Part shown: in pieces, positions 19,149 to 27,374 of the stretch | Layout of the letters: every line of letters starts with the position of its first letter | Numbering within the stretch: position 1 is the first letter of the stretch | From: Spirochaetaceae bacterium | Lineage (GTDB): Bacteria; Spirochaetota; Spirochaetia; WTKD01 | Assembly: GCA_011524535.1 (NCBI GenBank) | Contig: WTKD01000002.1 | Location: 20,868-84,867, forward strand | DNA: 64,000 nucleotides | Reading direction: 5' to 3' | The notes under the pieces: model-generated | Seen by the model: the letters and a program-made list of their open reading frames with translations, nothing else | Told to the model about the DNA's origin: nothing | Database searches by the model: none | Position numbers and translations under genes: made by a program

Positions 19149-20679
19149 AATTTTGATTATTTCTACCCATCTTTGCAGTGCGTTTTCGAAAAAACTTCTC
19201 CATAGGAAGCATTCCATCGATCTTCTTTTGGAATATGTCTCGTCTACACCGAATGTATATGCACTGTACTCCGATAGTGAGTATTGTGAAATGCTTAAAC
19301 CCGTTGCTACGTTACATGAGAAATCTATCTTATCGGAACAGGACTTGATAAGGGGACTAGAGGAGGTTATACAACTGTATAAGCAAGAGCATACCCTTGC
19401 AGAAGGGAACGAGGAAACAGGCTATACCATCGAATTACTCTATGCTGGATTTCCATACTTACAAAAAAAAACATGCGATGAATTATATGATCTGCACATA
19501 CGTACAGGGAGTGAGTATACGTTTGCGGATGGATATCCGGTAGGAACCACATGCGAATATATCGATTCACGAATCCTTAGGAAACTTGATTCTCTGTGCA
19601 AAACCGAAGAATTGAGTTGGAATTCTTTGTTTTCTATTGTTTCACGCGACATAAATACATTCGACATTGAAACACTTATCAGCAAGAAAGATTATAGGTC
19701 TTTGAGGGTCGAATTAACAACGGATACAGAATACGGCTATAGCCAATGTAAGAGTCTTGCAGCAAGAGGAGCCGAAACAGCTGTAGAGGATGTGCTTGAT
19801 ATCATCGATGCAGATAGAGGAGCATTGCGGACCATTCCAAATTATCTTCGTCTAGAATTAACCAATCAGTATTGCTATTCTCCTGGGTATGCTCCCACCT
19901 TTTTTCGAGAGGGGGCAGTTGAAGATGATTATAAGGACAAAGTGGTCAGTTCTATCAAGGTCAATGATTTTTTCAATATTCTTGCCCAGATTCAATTATT
20001 GAATAGTGATGCGACGATCGAAATAGGGTGTTTCGGTGAGCCAAGCCATCACAAAGAATTGGGAACTTTGTTGGATCACTTCAATTCGTGTTCTATGCAG
20101 GGCATTCTTGTTAGTACGGGGTTGGGATGGAGCGATGCCTTGCTGTCAAAAGTATGCAACGCGAAGTATCGAAATATAACGTTTGTTTTTGTTGTTGAAG
20201 GGTATAACCAACAAACATATTCTAAGCATCGAAATGCTAGCTTTGAAGAAGTATACCGTGTCATTAAGGAGTTGCAAAGAGCATACCCCAAAAAGACATA
20301 TGTAGAAACGGTGCGATTGCTTGAACACGAATCCGATTTGCTTTCATGGTATACCTATTGGAAAGATCAAGGAGTAACAATAAACATAAAAAAATATAAT
20401 GATTTTCAGCAATCCAGCGCTTATACGAAAAGTGTGGATCTTAGTCCATTGAACCGTCACGTTTGTTGGCAGCTTGAACGGGAAATGACGATCGATTGTT
20501 TTGGAAATGTGTTACAATGTTCTCAAGACATCGAACAATCCTATAAAGTTGGAAATTGTTTGAATGAAAGTCTAGAAACTCTTTGGTTGAAGCAAGAGAG
20601 TTTGTATAAACAACACCTTGCTGGAACATATGAACATATATGCGCCAACTGCGATGAATACTACACATTTAATGGATAG
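19129..20679 (+). CDS. radical-SAM-like/SPASM-domain protein with degenerate cluster motif
   Basis: GEPSHH (GGEPLL-like) box but only one Cys where CxxxCxxC expected; C-terminal Cys-rich SPASM-like region (CWQ…CFG…CSQ…C…CANC). Confidence 0.5.
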   Translation: MLLAANKILIISTHLCSAFSKKLLHRKHSIDLLLEYVSSTPNVYALYSDSEYCEMLKPVATLHEKSILSEQDLIRGLEEVIQLYKQEHTLAEGNEETGYTIELLYAGFPYLQKKTCDELYDLHIRTGSEYTFADGYPVGTTCEYIDSRILRKLDSLCKTEELSWNSLFSIVSRDINTFDIETLISKKDYRSLRVELTTDTEYGYSQCKSLAARGAETAVEDVLDIIDADRGALRTIPNYLRLELTNQYCYSPGYAPTFFREGAVEDDYKDKVVSSIKVNDFFNILAQIQLLNSDATIEIGCFGEPSHHKELGTLLDHFNSCSMQGILVSTGLGWSDALLSKVCNAKYRNITFVFVVEGYNQQTYSKHRNASFEEVYRVIKELQRAYPKKTYVETVRLLEHESDLLSWYTYWKDQGVTINIKKYNDFQQSSAYTKSVDLSPLNRHVCWQLEREMTIDCFGNVLQCSQDIEQSYKVGNCLNESLETLWLKQESLYKQHLAGTYEHICANCDEYYTFNG

Positions 20680-20688
20680 ATAACCGTA

Positions 20689-21378
20689 ATGAGAACAGGA
20701 ATTCTTCTACAGGCGAGAATAGGATCCGTTAGATTGCCTGGCAAAGTGTTGATGTCAATCCTTGGAGATTCGATTATTGGTTGGTGTATGCGTAGCTTAT
20801 CTGATGTTGCGTGTGATGAATATAATGTGGTAACAGATTACAAAAGCGTATATGAATTAAGAGATGAAGTGCAGAGGTATGAATTTAATCTGTGCGTCGG
20901 AGACTCTGATCATGTATTGAGCAGATATGCACGATTTGCACACCATCTTGATTTGGATGTTGTCCTTCGAGCTACAGCTGATAATCCTTTCGTATCTTCT
21001 CATTTTGCGCAATCCTTGCTTGCCGTGGCAATAAAACGAGATGTGGACTATGCTTGTTATACGAATTTGCCTGTGGGTGTTGGGGTTGAATGTATAAAAA
21101 CTTCTGCCTTGATGACCGCCTTTGATCGGGCAACCACGAAATATGATCAAGAACATGTATGTCCTTACATATATAACAATGAAGACATGTTTACTATTGC
21201 CAAAATAGCTGCACCGCTGCCCACTGGAATTTCGGAGGAGAAAGTTCGATTTTCTGCTACCATTGATACGCAGGAAGATTTTCAGAAGGTAACAGGTTGG
21301 ATAAACAAGCGGTCGAAAGAGGCTGCGGGAACTCCGATTCATCTTGAAGAACTTGTGTCATTGAAGTATGCACGTTAA
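20689..21378 (+). CDS. sugar-nucleotide cytidylyltransferase (SpsF/COG1861, CMP-nonulosonate synthetase-like)
   Basis: ILLQARIGSVRLPGKVL N-terminal motif. Confidence 0.75.
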   Translation: MRTGILLQARIGSVRLPGKVLMSILGDSIIGWCMRSLSDVACDEYNVVTDYKSVYELRDEVQRYEFNLCVGDSDHVLSRYARFAHHLDLDVVLRATADNPFVSSHFAQSLLAVAIKRDVDYACYTNLPVGVGVECIKTSALMTAFDRATTKYDQEHVCPYIYNNEDMFTIAKIAAPLPTGISEEKVRFSATIDTQEDFQKVTGWINKRSKEAAGTPIHLEELVSLKYAR

Positions 21379-23110
21379 ATCGAACATACAATACGTATTT
21401 CTTCCGGATAATAGCCACGGCAGCGGACATTTTATCCGATGTCTTCGCCTTGCAAAAAGGCTTGGAGGGTATATATTTGTCTCATCTACTTTTCTACGTA
21501 AATATTTTTCTTTGCACATTCAAAACGAATACTCAGCCGATACGGAACAAAAGATACGCAACACAGTCCAGCGTATGTGCAGAATACTATTGCCCAATGT
21601 ACGATTTGCATGGGTACAATCTCAGTTTAGAGAAGTAAGCATAGAAAAATTGGTTTTTGATAAAATGACGATTACTTCCATGGAAGTACGTTCATGGGAA
21701 GCCTCGCTAAAGATTGGGCTTGATGTAGAAGGTTCGGGGAAATCCTTGCTTGATTACACAATAGATATGCTTCATGCTGACAAATCAACTGCGAATGTAG
21801 TAGATTCTTCCTATTTGTTCCTACCGACCGCACGCAGGTTGAGTTGGCCCAAACGAATACAGAAGGTTCTTGTATTGTTTGGATTGCGCGACCAACCGAA
21901 AAAAGCGTCAACACTAGTGAAACTATTGTCGCAGCGATTCAGGGCAATTCAATTTCATACGATGCTGGAGCATTCTCAGAATGATGATTTTAATCTCAAT
22001 GTCTCGGAGTATTTTTATGAATATGATCTTATCATAACTCATTACGGATTGACGATGTACGAAGCTCTGTGGGCAAGAGTTCCAGTTTTTCTTATAAATC
22101 CAAGCTCGTATCATCAAAAACTGTCAAAAAAAAGAAGGCTATTCTCTGTAGAATGGAGTAGTGAGAATTTGGACTATGGATTGCTAATAAAAACATTTCA
22201 ATCCTGCGTAGGACTCTTGTCTGAATTGGTAAATAGATGCCAAGATGTTGCTCCCAAAGATGATAAATCGCTACCTCACCTATTGCATTCTCTTGTTTCT
22301 CCAGAAGACAGGGTTGTGAGGCCAGTTGTTTCACGTTCCTCGGAAAAATCGGTAGTGAAACACAGCGATGGGCTGTATCATGCGCACAGTTTTTCTCCGA
22401 AAAAAATAACGTACGATGCCAACTATTTTGGAAAAGAATACAAAAAGCAATATGGTCAGTCATACATCAACGATTTCAAGAATATATATAATCTGGGCAT
22501 CGAACGCCTAGATACGATAAAGAAATATGTAAATAGTGGGCGATTGCTCGATATTGGGTGTGCATACGGACATTTTCTTAGAGCCGCAAGCGATAGAAAT
22601 TTTGATGCATGCGGAGTAGATATTTCGGAAGAGGCAGTGCAATATGCAACAGAATCAGCCGGATTGCGGGCATTTCAGCTGGACATAGAACACGATAGCC
22701 TTGAACGTATTTTTCAGAAAGAGGGTCTGGATGTTATCACTATGTGGTATGTTCTAGAACATTTCCGAGATCCTCTGTCGATTCTTCAATCGGTTCTGCC
22801 CTTTTTGCGATCGGGTGGAATGTTTGCATTCTCTGCTCCAAGTTTGGCCGGTATTTCTGCCAGAAAAAATATGACAAAGTTTTTTGAAAATAACCCGAGT
22901 GATCATTACAGCTTTTTTGATCCAAGGTATCTACATAAGAGTTTTCTTCGGTTATCTATACGGCTTGTAACCTGGCGTTCAACGGGACATCATTCTGAAC
23001 GCATCCATAAAATCCTGGGGCAAAGTAGATATCTAAACCTGTTTGGCACATTTATCAGTAAGGCTGTACGATTAGGGGATACGTTTGAGGCGTATTTTAT
23101 AAAGGACTAA
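21368..23110 (+). CDS. fusion: PseG/SpsG-like UDP-sugar hydrolase (GT28-type) N-domain + class I SAM-dependent methyltransferase C-domain
   Basis: N-term SGHFIRCLRLAKRL (PseG GxGHxxRcLxLA), C-term LLDIGCAYGHF…VITMWYVLEHF (Methyltransf_11/23). Confidence 0.65.
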   Translation: MHVKSNIQYVFLPDNSHGSGHFIRCLRLAKRLGGYIFVSSTFLRKYFSLHIQNEYSADTEQKIRNTVQRMCRILLPNVRFAWVQSQFREVSIEKLVFDKMTITSMEVRSWEASLKIGLDVEGSGKSLLDYTIDMLHADKSTANVVDSSYLFLPTARRLSWPKRIQKVLVLFGLRDQPKKASTLVKLLSQRFRAIQFHTMLEHSQNDDFNLNVSEYFYEYDLIITHYGLTMYEALWARVPVFLINPSSYHQKLSKKRRLFSVEWSSENLDYGLLIKTFQSCVGLLSELVNRCQDVAPKDDKSLPHLLHSLVSPEDRVVRPVVSRSSEKSVVKHSDGLYHAHSFSPKKITYDANYFGKEYKKQYGQSYINDFKNIYNLGIERLDTIKKYVNSGRLLDIGCAYGHFLRAASDRNFDACGVDISEEAVQYATESAGLRAFQLDIEHDSLERIFQKEGLDVITMWYVLEHFRDPLSILQSVLPFLRSGGMFAFSAPSLAGISARKNMTKFFENNPSDHYSFFDPRYLHKSFLRLSIRLVTWRSTGHHSERIHKILGQSRYLNLFGTFISKAVRLGDTFEAYFIKD

Positions 23111-23112
23111 GT

Positions 23113-24804
23113 ATGCGTAGAATTTTAATACTAGGTGGAGGAACTCAGCAGTTAAGCATTATTCGTGCTGCCAGAGATCAAATGTTGTATACGGTGGTAT
23201 TCGACAAGAATCCTTTAGCTTTAGGACGCCGTGAGGCACACAAGTTTCAGATTGTCGACATATACAATGAAGAAGAATCACTACAGGCTGCTCTGGAGAT
23301 GCATGAGGTGAATCCTTTTTCAGGAGTACTAACCATGGGTACCGATTGCTCCTTGACCGTTGCCAGAATAGCCAAAGAGCTGAAATTGCCAGGCATTCCC
23401 TATGCTACAGCAGAAATATTGAGAGATAAATTGGCTTTTAGAACGTTTTGTCGCGAACATAATCTTCCGATCCCCGAATTCTGTGCAATTTCGACCGATA
23501 ATTCTGGTCTCATCGCAGCGCAAGAGTTTTTTAAGAGCGGAAATTTTGATGCCTGCGTCTTAAAACCCACAAGAAGTATGGGATCTCGAGGAGTTATAAC
23601 GGTCAGATCTGAGAAGGATATCGAACTATTTTTTGAAAAAACCCTACCCTATACAACCAAGGATACCATGCTTATCGAAGCCCATGTAGGATTGCCAGAG
23701 TATAGTGTAGACGCCTTCGTTATAGATAGTCGTGTGAACATTTCTGGTGTGGCGGAAAGAACGATTAGTATTGATCCCTATAACATTGAACTTGGTCATA
23801 GCCTTCCAGCAGATATAGATAGCTTTGGGGTAGAGGGCATGAGCAAACTTTTTCAAAAAATTGCAGAATTATTGCAGATAACCTCGGGAACCTTGAAAGG
23901 AGATATTTTTTATAAAGACGATTCTATTATATTAGGAGAAATGGCAGCAAGGCTTTCAGGAGGATTCATGTCGGGATGGACCATTCCCTATGCGAAAGGA
24001 ACAAACCCAGCAACCGTTGCCGTTTTGGCTGCTATTTCAGCCTTGCCATCTCAAAAATCTCTCGTTCCCTCACGTTCTTTGTATGCTTCCGAAATATCGA
24101 TAATCAGTATGCCAGGCACAACAAAACGCCTAGAAGGAAGCAAACTATGTATTGAGTACGATTGGTGCAAACATATCTTTTTGCATCGAGAAATAGGATC
24201 GAGGGTATCCTATCCCAGCAATAATACAGATAAAATAGCCAGTATTGTGTTTACGGCATCTACAAAACGCTTGTTGATAGAAAGAAGAAAATATTTGTTG
24301 GCACATTTTTGCGCCTTTCTTTCCCCCAATGATTCTGAGACCAATTCCTTTTTGTTTTCAAAATACGTAGAAGCTCTTTACCCCGATTTGGGATGCCCAC
24401 TCCCATCCTTTATCAGTGAAATACTGGGCTCTTTCGTGTTTCCTGATGATATATCACCGTGGAATGCACAAAAAATGGTTCTTAATCTCGGCAATATAGT
24501 ACACGATAAATATAGAGCATTTTTGAGCGATATTGGAGAAGAGCACATACTTTTAGGTCCCTACAATACGACGCGCGAAGAAGAAGACAGTGCCCAATTT
24601 TTTATGGTATTGCACCAAGCGGAGAAAAATGGTGTGTTGAATGTGGGCAAATCTATCCCAGATAACCGAGATATATTACTCTATCATGTTGCTCGTCGTG
24701 GAGGATACCAAGGATTAAGGTATATCTGTGATTCTGTCGCTGCAGATAAAAAAGGAACGATTACCAATTCATGTTACGAACTTTATTTACAACGGTTTTC
24801 ATAG
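23113..24804 (+). CDS. ATP-grasp domain protein with uncharacterised C-terminal extension
   Basis: pre-ATP-grasp ILILGGGTQQ…, ATP-grasp core (ACVLKPTRSMGSRGV…LIEAHVGLPEYSVDAFV). Confidence 0.65.
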   Translation: MRRILILGGGTQQLSIIRAARDQMLYTVVFDKNPLALGRREAHKFQIVDIYNEEESLQAALEMHEVNPFSGVLTMGTDCSLTVARIAKELKLPGIPYATAEILRDKLAFRTFCREHNLPIPEFCAISTDNSGLIAAQEFFKSGNFDACVLKPTRSMGSRGVITVRSEKDIELFFEKTLPYTTKDTMLIEAHVGLPEYSVDAFVIDSRVNISGVAERTISIDPYNIELGHSLPADIDSFGVEGMSKLFQKIAELLQITSGTLKGDIFYKDDSIILGEMAARLSGGFMSGWTIPYAKGTNPATVAVLAAISALPSQKSLVPSRSLYASEISIISMPGTTKRLEGSKLCIEYDWCKHIFLHREIGSRVSYPSNNTDKIASIVFTASTKRLLIERRKYLLAHFCAFLSPNDSETNSFLFSKYVEALYPDLGCPLPSFISEILGSFVFPDDISPWNAQKMVLNLGNIVHDKYRAFLSDIGEEHILLGPYNTTREEEDSAQFFMVLHQAEKNGVLNVGKSIPDNRDILLYHVARRGGYQGLRYICDSVAADKKGTITNSCYELYLQRFS

Positions 24805-25787
24805 TTTTTATTGGAGCCACTGCTGTTAGCGAGACAACTCTCGAGTCATATCTTGTTAAGAACGATGTCTCATTGCAATGGGATGCACTCAGGGGTGTCG
24901 GAACCCTCTGGTTTGGTATAGACGCGGTTACGTTTCGTTTGGATAGTCCTTATTATGTACTCAATTTTTCTGATATACATCGTTTCGATGCCCCAAAAGT
25001 AATTAATGATGAAATAATTCTCACGGAGACAACGGTTTCATTCTTGGATTCCTTTGTTTTTGATGATACGACTCGTATTGCTTCTCGTGATTTTTCTCGC
25101 GTAAGGGCCATATTCATAGATCCGGGTCATGGTGGACAGGATCCAGGAGCGGTTGCCAAGTTATCCAATGGGAGTAGCGTTTATGAAAAGGATATTGTGC
25201 TTGCTGTTGGTTTACATTTGCAAGAAATGTTAAAAAGTCGATTCCCGGATAAGGAAATACATATTTCACGTGATTCAGACACCTATGTTTCATTAGAAGA
25301 ACGTGCAGATTTTGCAAATGCAATAGAATTGGGAACCAGCGAATCAACGTTATTTGTATCAATACACGTAAATGCCTCTTTGAATGCTGCAGCTCAGGGA
25401 TTCGAAGTGTGGTATCTACCCCCCAAAGTGGTACGCAAGAACTTGGTATCCGACACTGTTGCGTTTGGATTTGAAGAAGATACCGTGGAGATATTGAATC
25501 GCATCAAGGATGAAGAAGTGAGTATAGAAAGCGTGCTATTTGCGCGGAGTATTCTCTCAGAGATGGATGAACAGATTGGCCATATCAGCAGTAATCGTGG
25601 CATACGTGAAGAGTCATGGTACGTGGTAAGGAATGTGAAGATGCCAGCGGTTCTTGTTGAACTTGGATTTATTTCTAATACTAATGAACGATCCTACCTT
25701 ATTGATGAATCTTATCAAGATATTCTCTCTAGAGCATTGTTTTCTGGCATCGAATCTTACATACTAACGGTTGAGGGGACAGAATGA
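24771..25787 (+). CDS. N-acetylmuramoyl-L-alanine amidase (Amidase_3) with N-terminal targeting domain
   Basis: IFIDPGHGGQDPGA…EVWYLP…PAVLVELGFISN. Confidence 0.85.
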   Translation: MLRTLFTTVFIVFIGATAVSETTLESYLVKNDVSLQWDALRGVGTLWFGIDAVTFRLDSPYYVLNFSDIHRFDAPKVINDEIILTETTVSFLDSFVFDDTTRIASRDFSRVRAIFIDPGHGGQDPGAVAKLSNGSSVYEKDIVLAVGLHLQEMLKSRFPDKEIHISRDSDTYVSLEERADFANAIELGTSESTLFVSIHVNASLNAAAQGFEVWYLPPKVVRKNLVSDTVAFGFEEDTVEILNRIKDEEVSIESVLFARSILSEMDEQIGHISSNRGIREESWYVVRNVKMPAVLVELGFISNTNERSYLIDESYQDILSRALFSGIESYILTVEGTE

Positions 25788-26251
25788 CACATAGACTAAA
25801 AAAACGACATATATTGTTCTTGTTGTTTCCGATTTTGATAGCGACTAGCATATTGTTGGGAATGGGGGAGAGATCACGTCGCGTGGCTGATTTTTTTTAC
25901 ACCCGTTACGATGGAAAAATGGTACTGGAGAGGCATTTGATATCCCGCGAGAAAGAGCGATCAGAAGAATTGGTGAATTACGTAGAAGAATACTTTTTGG
26001 GACCTTACATACACGAAAATCTTGATCCACTGATAAAAATACAGGACATACAGGGAATTATCATCTACGGTGATTCTGTTCTGATAAACTTATACGCTTC
26101 GGTTCTTGAAAGCAATATCGAATTTTTTCAGTACCAGCGTATTGAAGATTTGCTGCAGCAGGGAATAAGAAGAAGCTACAATGACTTGTTCGATATTCGA
26201 TTTCTGTTGGAAGGTAATGAGTTTTTGAGTGCAAACAGCCTTAATGGCTAA
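25784..26251 (+). CDS. GerMN-like domain lipoprotein/membrane protein
   Basis: N-terminal TM, GerMN-like core; translationally coupled to amidase (ATGA). Confidence 0.5.
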   Translation: MTHRLKKRHILFLLFPILIATSILLGMGERSRRVADFFYTRYDGKMVLERHLISREKERSEELVNYVEEYFLGPYIHENLDPLIKIQDIQGIIIYGDSVLINLYASVLESNIEFFQYQRIEDLLQQGIRRSYNDLFDIRFLLEGNEFLSANSLNG

Positions 26252-26277
26252 ATTTTATGTTCATCGGCAACCGATAA
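26249..26277 (+). promoter_or_regulatory. candidate sigma28(FliA)-type promoter for flaA (TAAA-N17-aCCGATAA)
   Basis: CTAAAT … AACCGATAAG 32 nt upstream of flaA ATG; similar CCGAcATAA element upstream of flaB. Confidence 0.3.
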
Positions 26278-26308
26278 GTAGGGTAATGATTTGCTCAAGG
26301 AGAAATAT

Positions 26309-27316
26309 ATGAAAAAACTTCTGTACCTAGTTATAATTTTGTTGGTATTTGGGCTTTCTATTAATGCAGAAGAGGCTTTGTTAATAGATTTCTCATTACT
26401 GACTCCTGATTTTCCGGCTGATAGTCCTACTCTGAATGAAAGAACTATTATGGACTACTCTACCTTGGCAGGTAGAGGGTATACAGCGGAACAAAGACAA
26501 GAAATGAAAAGTTCTCTCGCTCTTGAAGAATGGACTGTTACGCTCAACTCTTCAGCGAAATCCATGCTTGCTGATTCTGTGAGTAATGTTAGGGCCGCAC
26601 AGGTCAATCCAGAGTCAGACTTGTATTCTGGAGAAACAGTGCTCGGATTTCGCACATTGTTTCCTAGCGAACCCTACAACGCATTTATCACGATCACCCC
26701 TCCATTTGAAATTCTGCCCACTGCAGATAGGGATGAATTACAGGTAGATGGATCACTCATCGTTCCGGAAGAAGAAATTGGTGGTTCTAGGAAGTTTGTT
26801 TCCTTTGGTGTTTTGCAGAACGTAGGTTCGCTTAGATCCATGTCTGTTTCTACGTACGGATTAAATTATCCGCATCGAATGACAATTTTGATTGAAGATA
26901 ACGATCGTGTTGTGCATGAAATACCCTTCGGAAATTTGGAGTTCTCAGGGTGGGGAGAAGTCTCCTGGGAAAATCCAAATTATATAGAGGATGTTAGGAA
27001 GCGTGAATTGCGAATTCGACCTACTTATCCAACGGGTCTGTCCTATATACGTTTACTAGGCATTAGAATTTATCGAAATGGTGATCAGATTGGTGGAGAC
27101 TATGTTGGGTATGTGAAAGATATTAAGGTTACCTATGACAGGGCAAATCAACAACTAGAAGAAGACATAAACAGTGAAGCGATCTGGGGTATTCAACAAC
27201 AGAGAGCAGATGAGCAACGATTTAATTCACTTGAGAGATTTGGTCGAGAACAAGTACTGCAGTATATTGAACGACTTAATCAGCATGTTGTACAGGATAT
27301 TGACGGTATAGAATAA
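26309..27316 (+). CDS. flaA: flagellar filament outer-layer (sheath) protein FlaA
   Basis: strong similarity to spirochete FlaA (…GLNYPHRMTILIEDN…FSGWGEVSWENPNYIEDVRKR…LLGIRIYRNGDQIGGDYVGYVKDIKVTYDRA…); signal peptide; AAGGAG 8 nt before ATG 26309. Confidence 0.85.
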   Translation: MKKLLYLVIILLVFGLSINAEEALLIDFSLLTPDFPADSPTLNERTIMDYSTLAGRGYTAEQRQEMKSSLALEEWTVTLNSSAKSMLADSVSNVRAAQVNPESDLYSGETVLGFRTLFPSEPYNAFITITPPFEILPTADRDELQVDGSLIVPEEEIGGSRKFVSFGVLQNVGSLRSMSVSTYGLNYPHRMTILIEDNDRVVHEIPFGNLEFSGWGEVSWENPNYIEDVRKRELRIRPTYPTGLSYIRLLGIRIYRNGDQIGGDYVGYVKDIKVTYDRANQQLEEDINSEAIWGIQQQRADEQRFNSLERFGREQVLQYIERLNQHVVQDIDGIE

Positions 27317-27339
27317 GGCTCCTTTTAGTGTATTGTTTT

Positions 27340-27372
27340 AGAAAGGGGGGTTTTCCAGCTCCCCTTTCCTTT
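27340..27372 (+). terminator. intrinsic terminator between flaA and cheA (AAAGGGG-loop-CCCCTTT + T-run)
   Basis: 7-bp perfect inverted repeat followed by CCTTTTTGTG. Confidence 0.5.
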
Positions 27373-27374
27373 TT

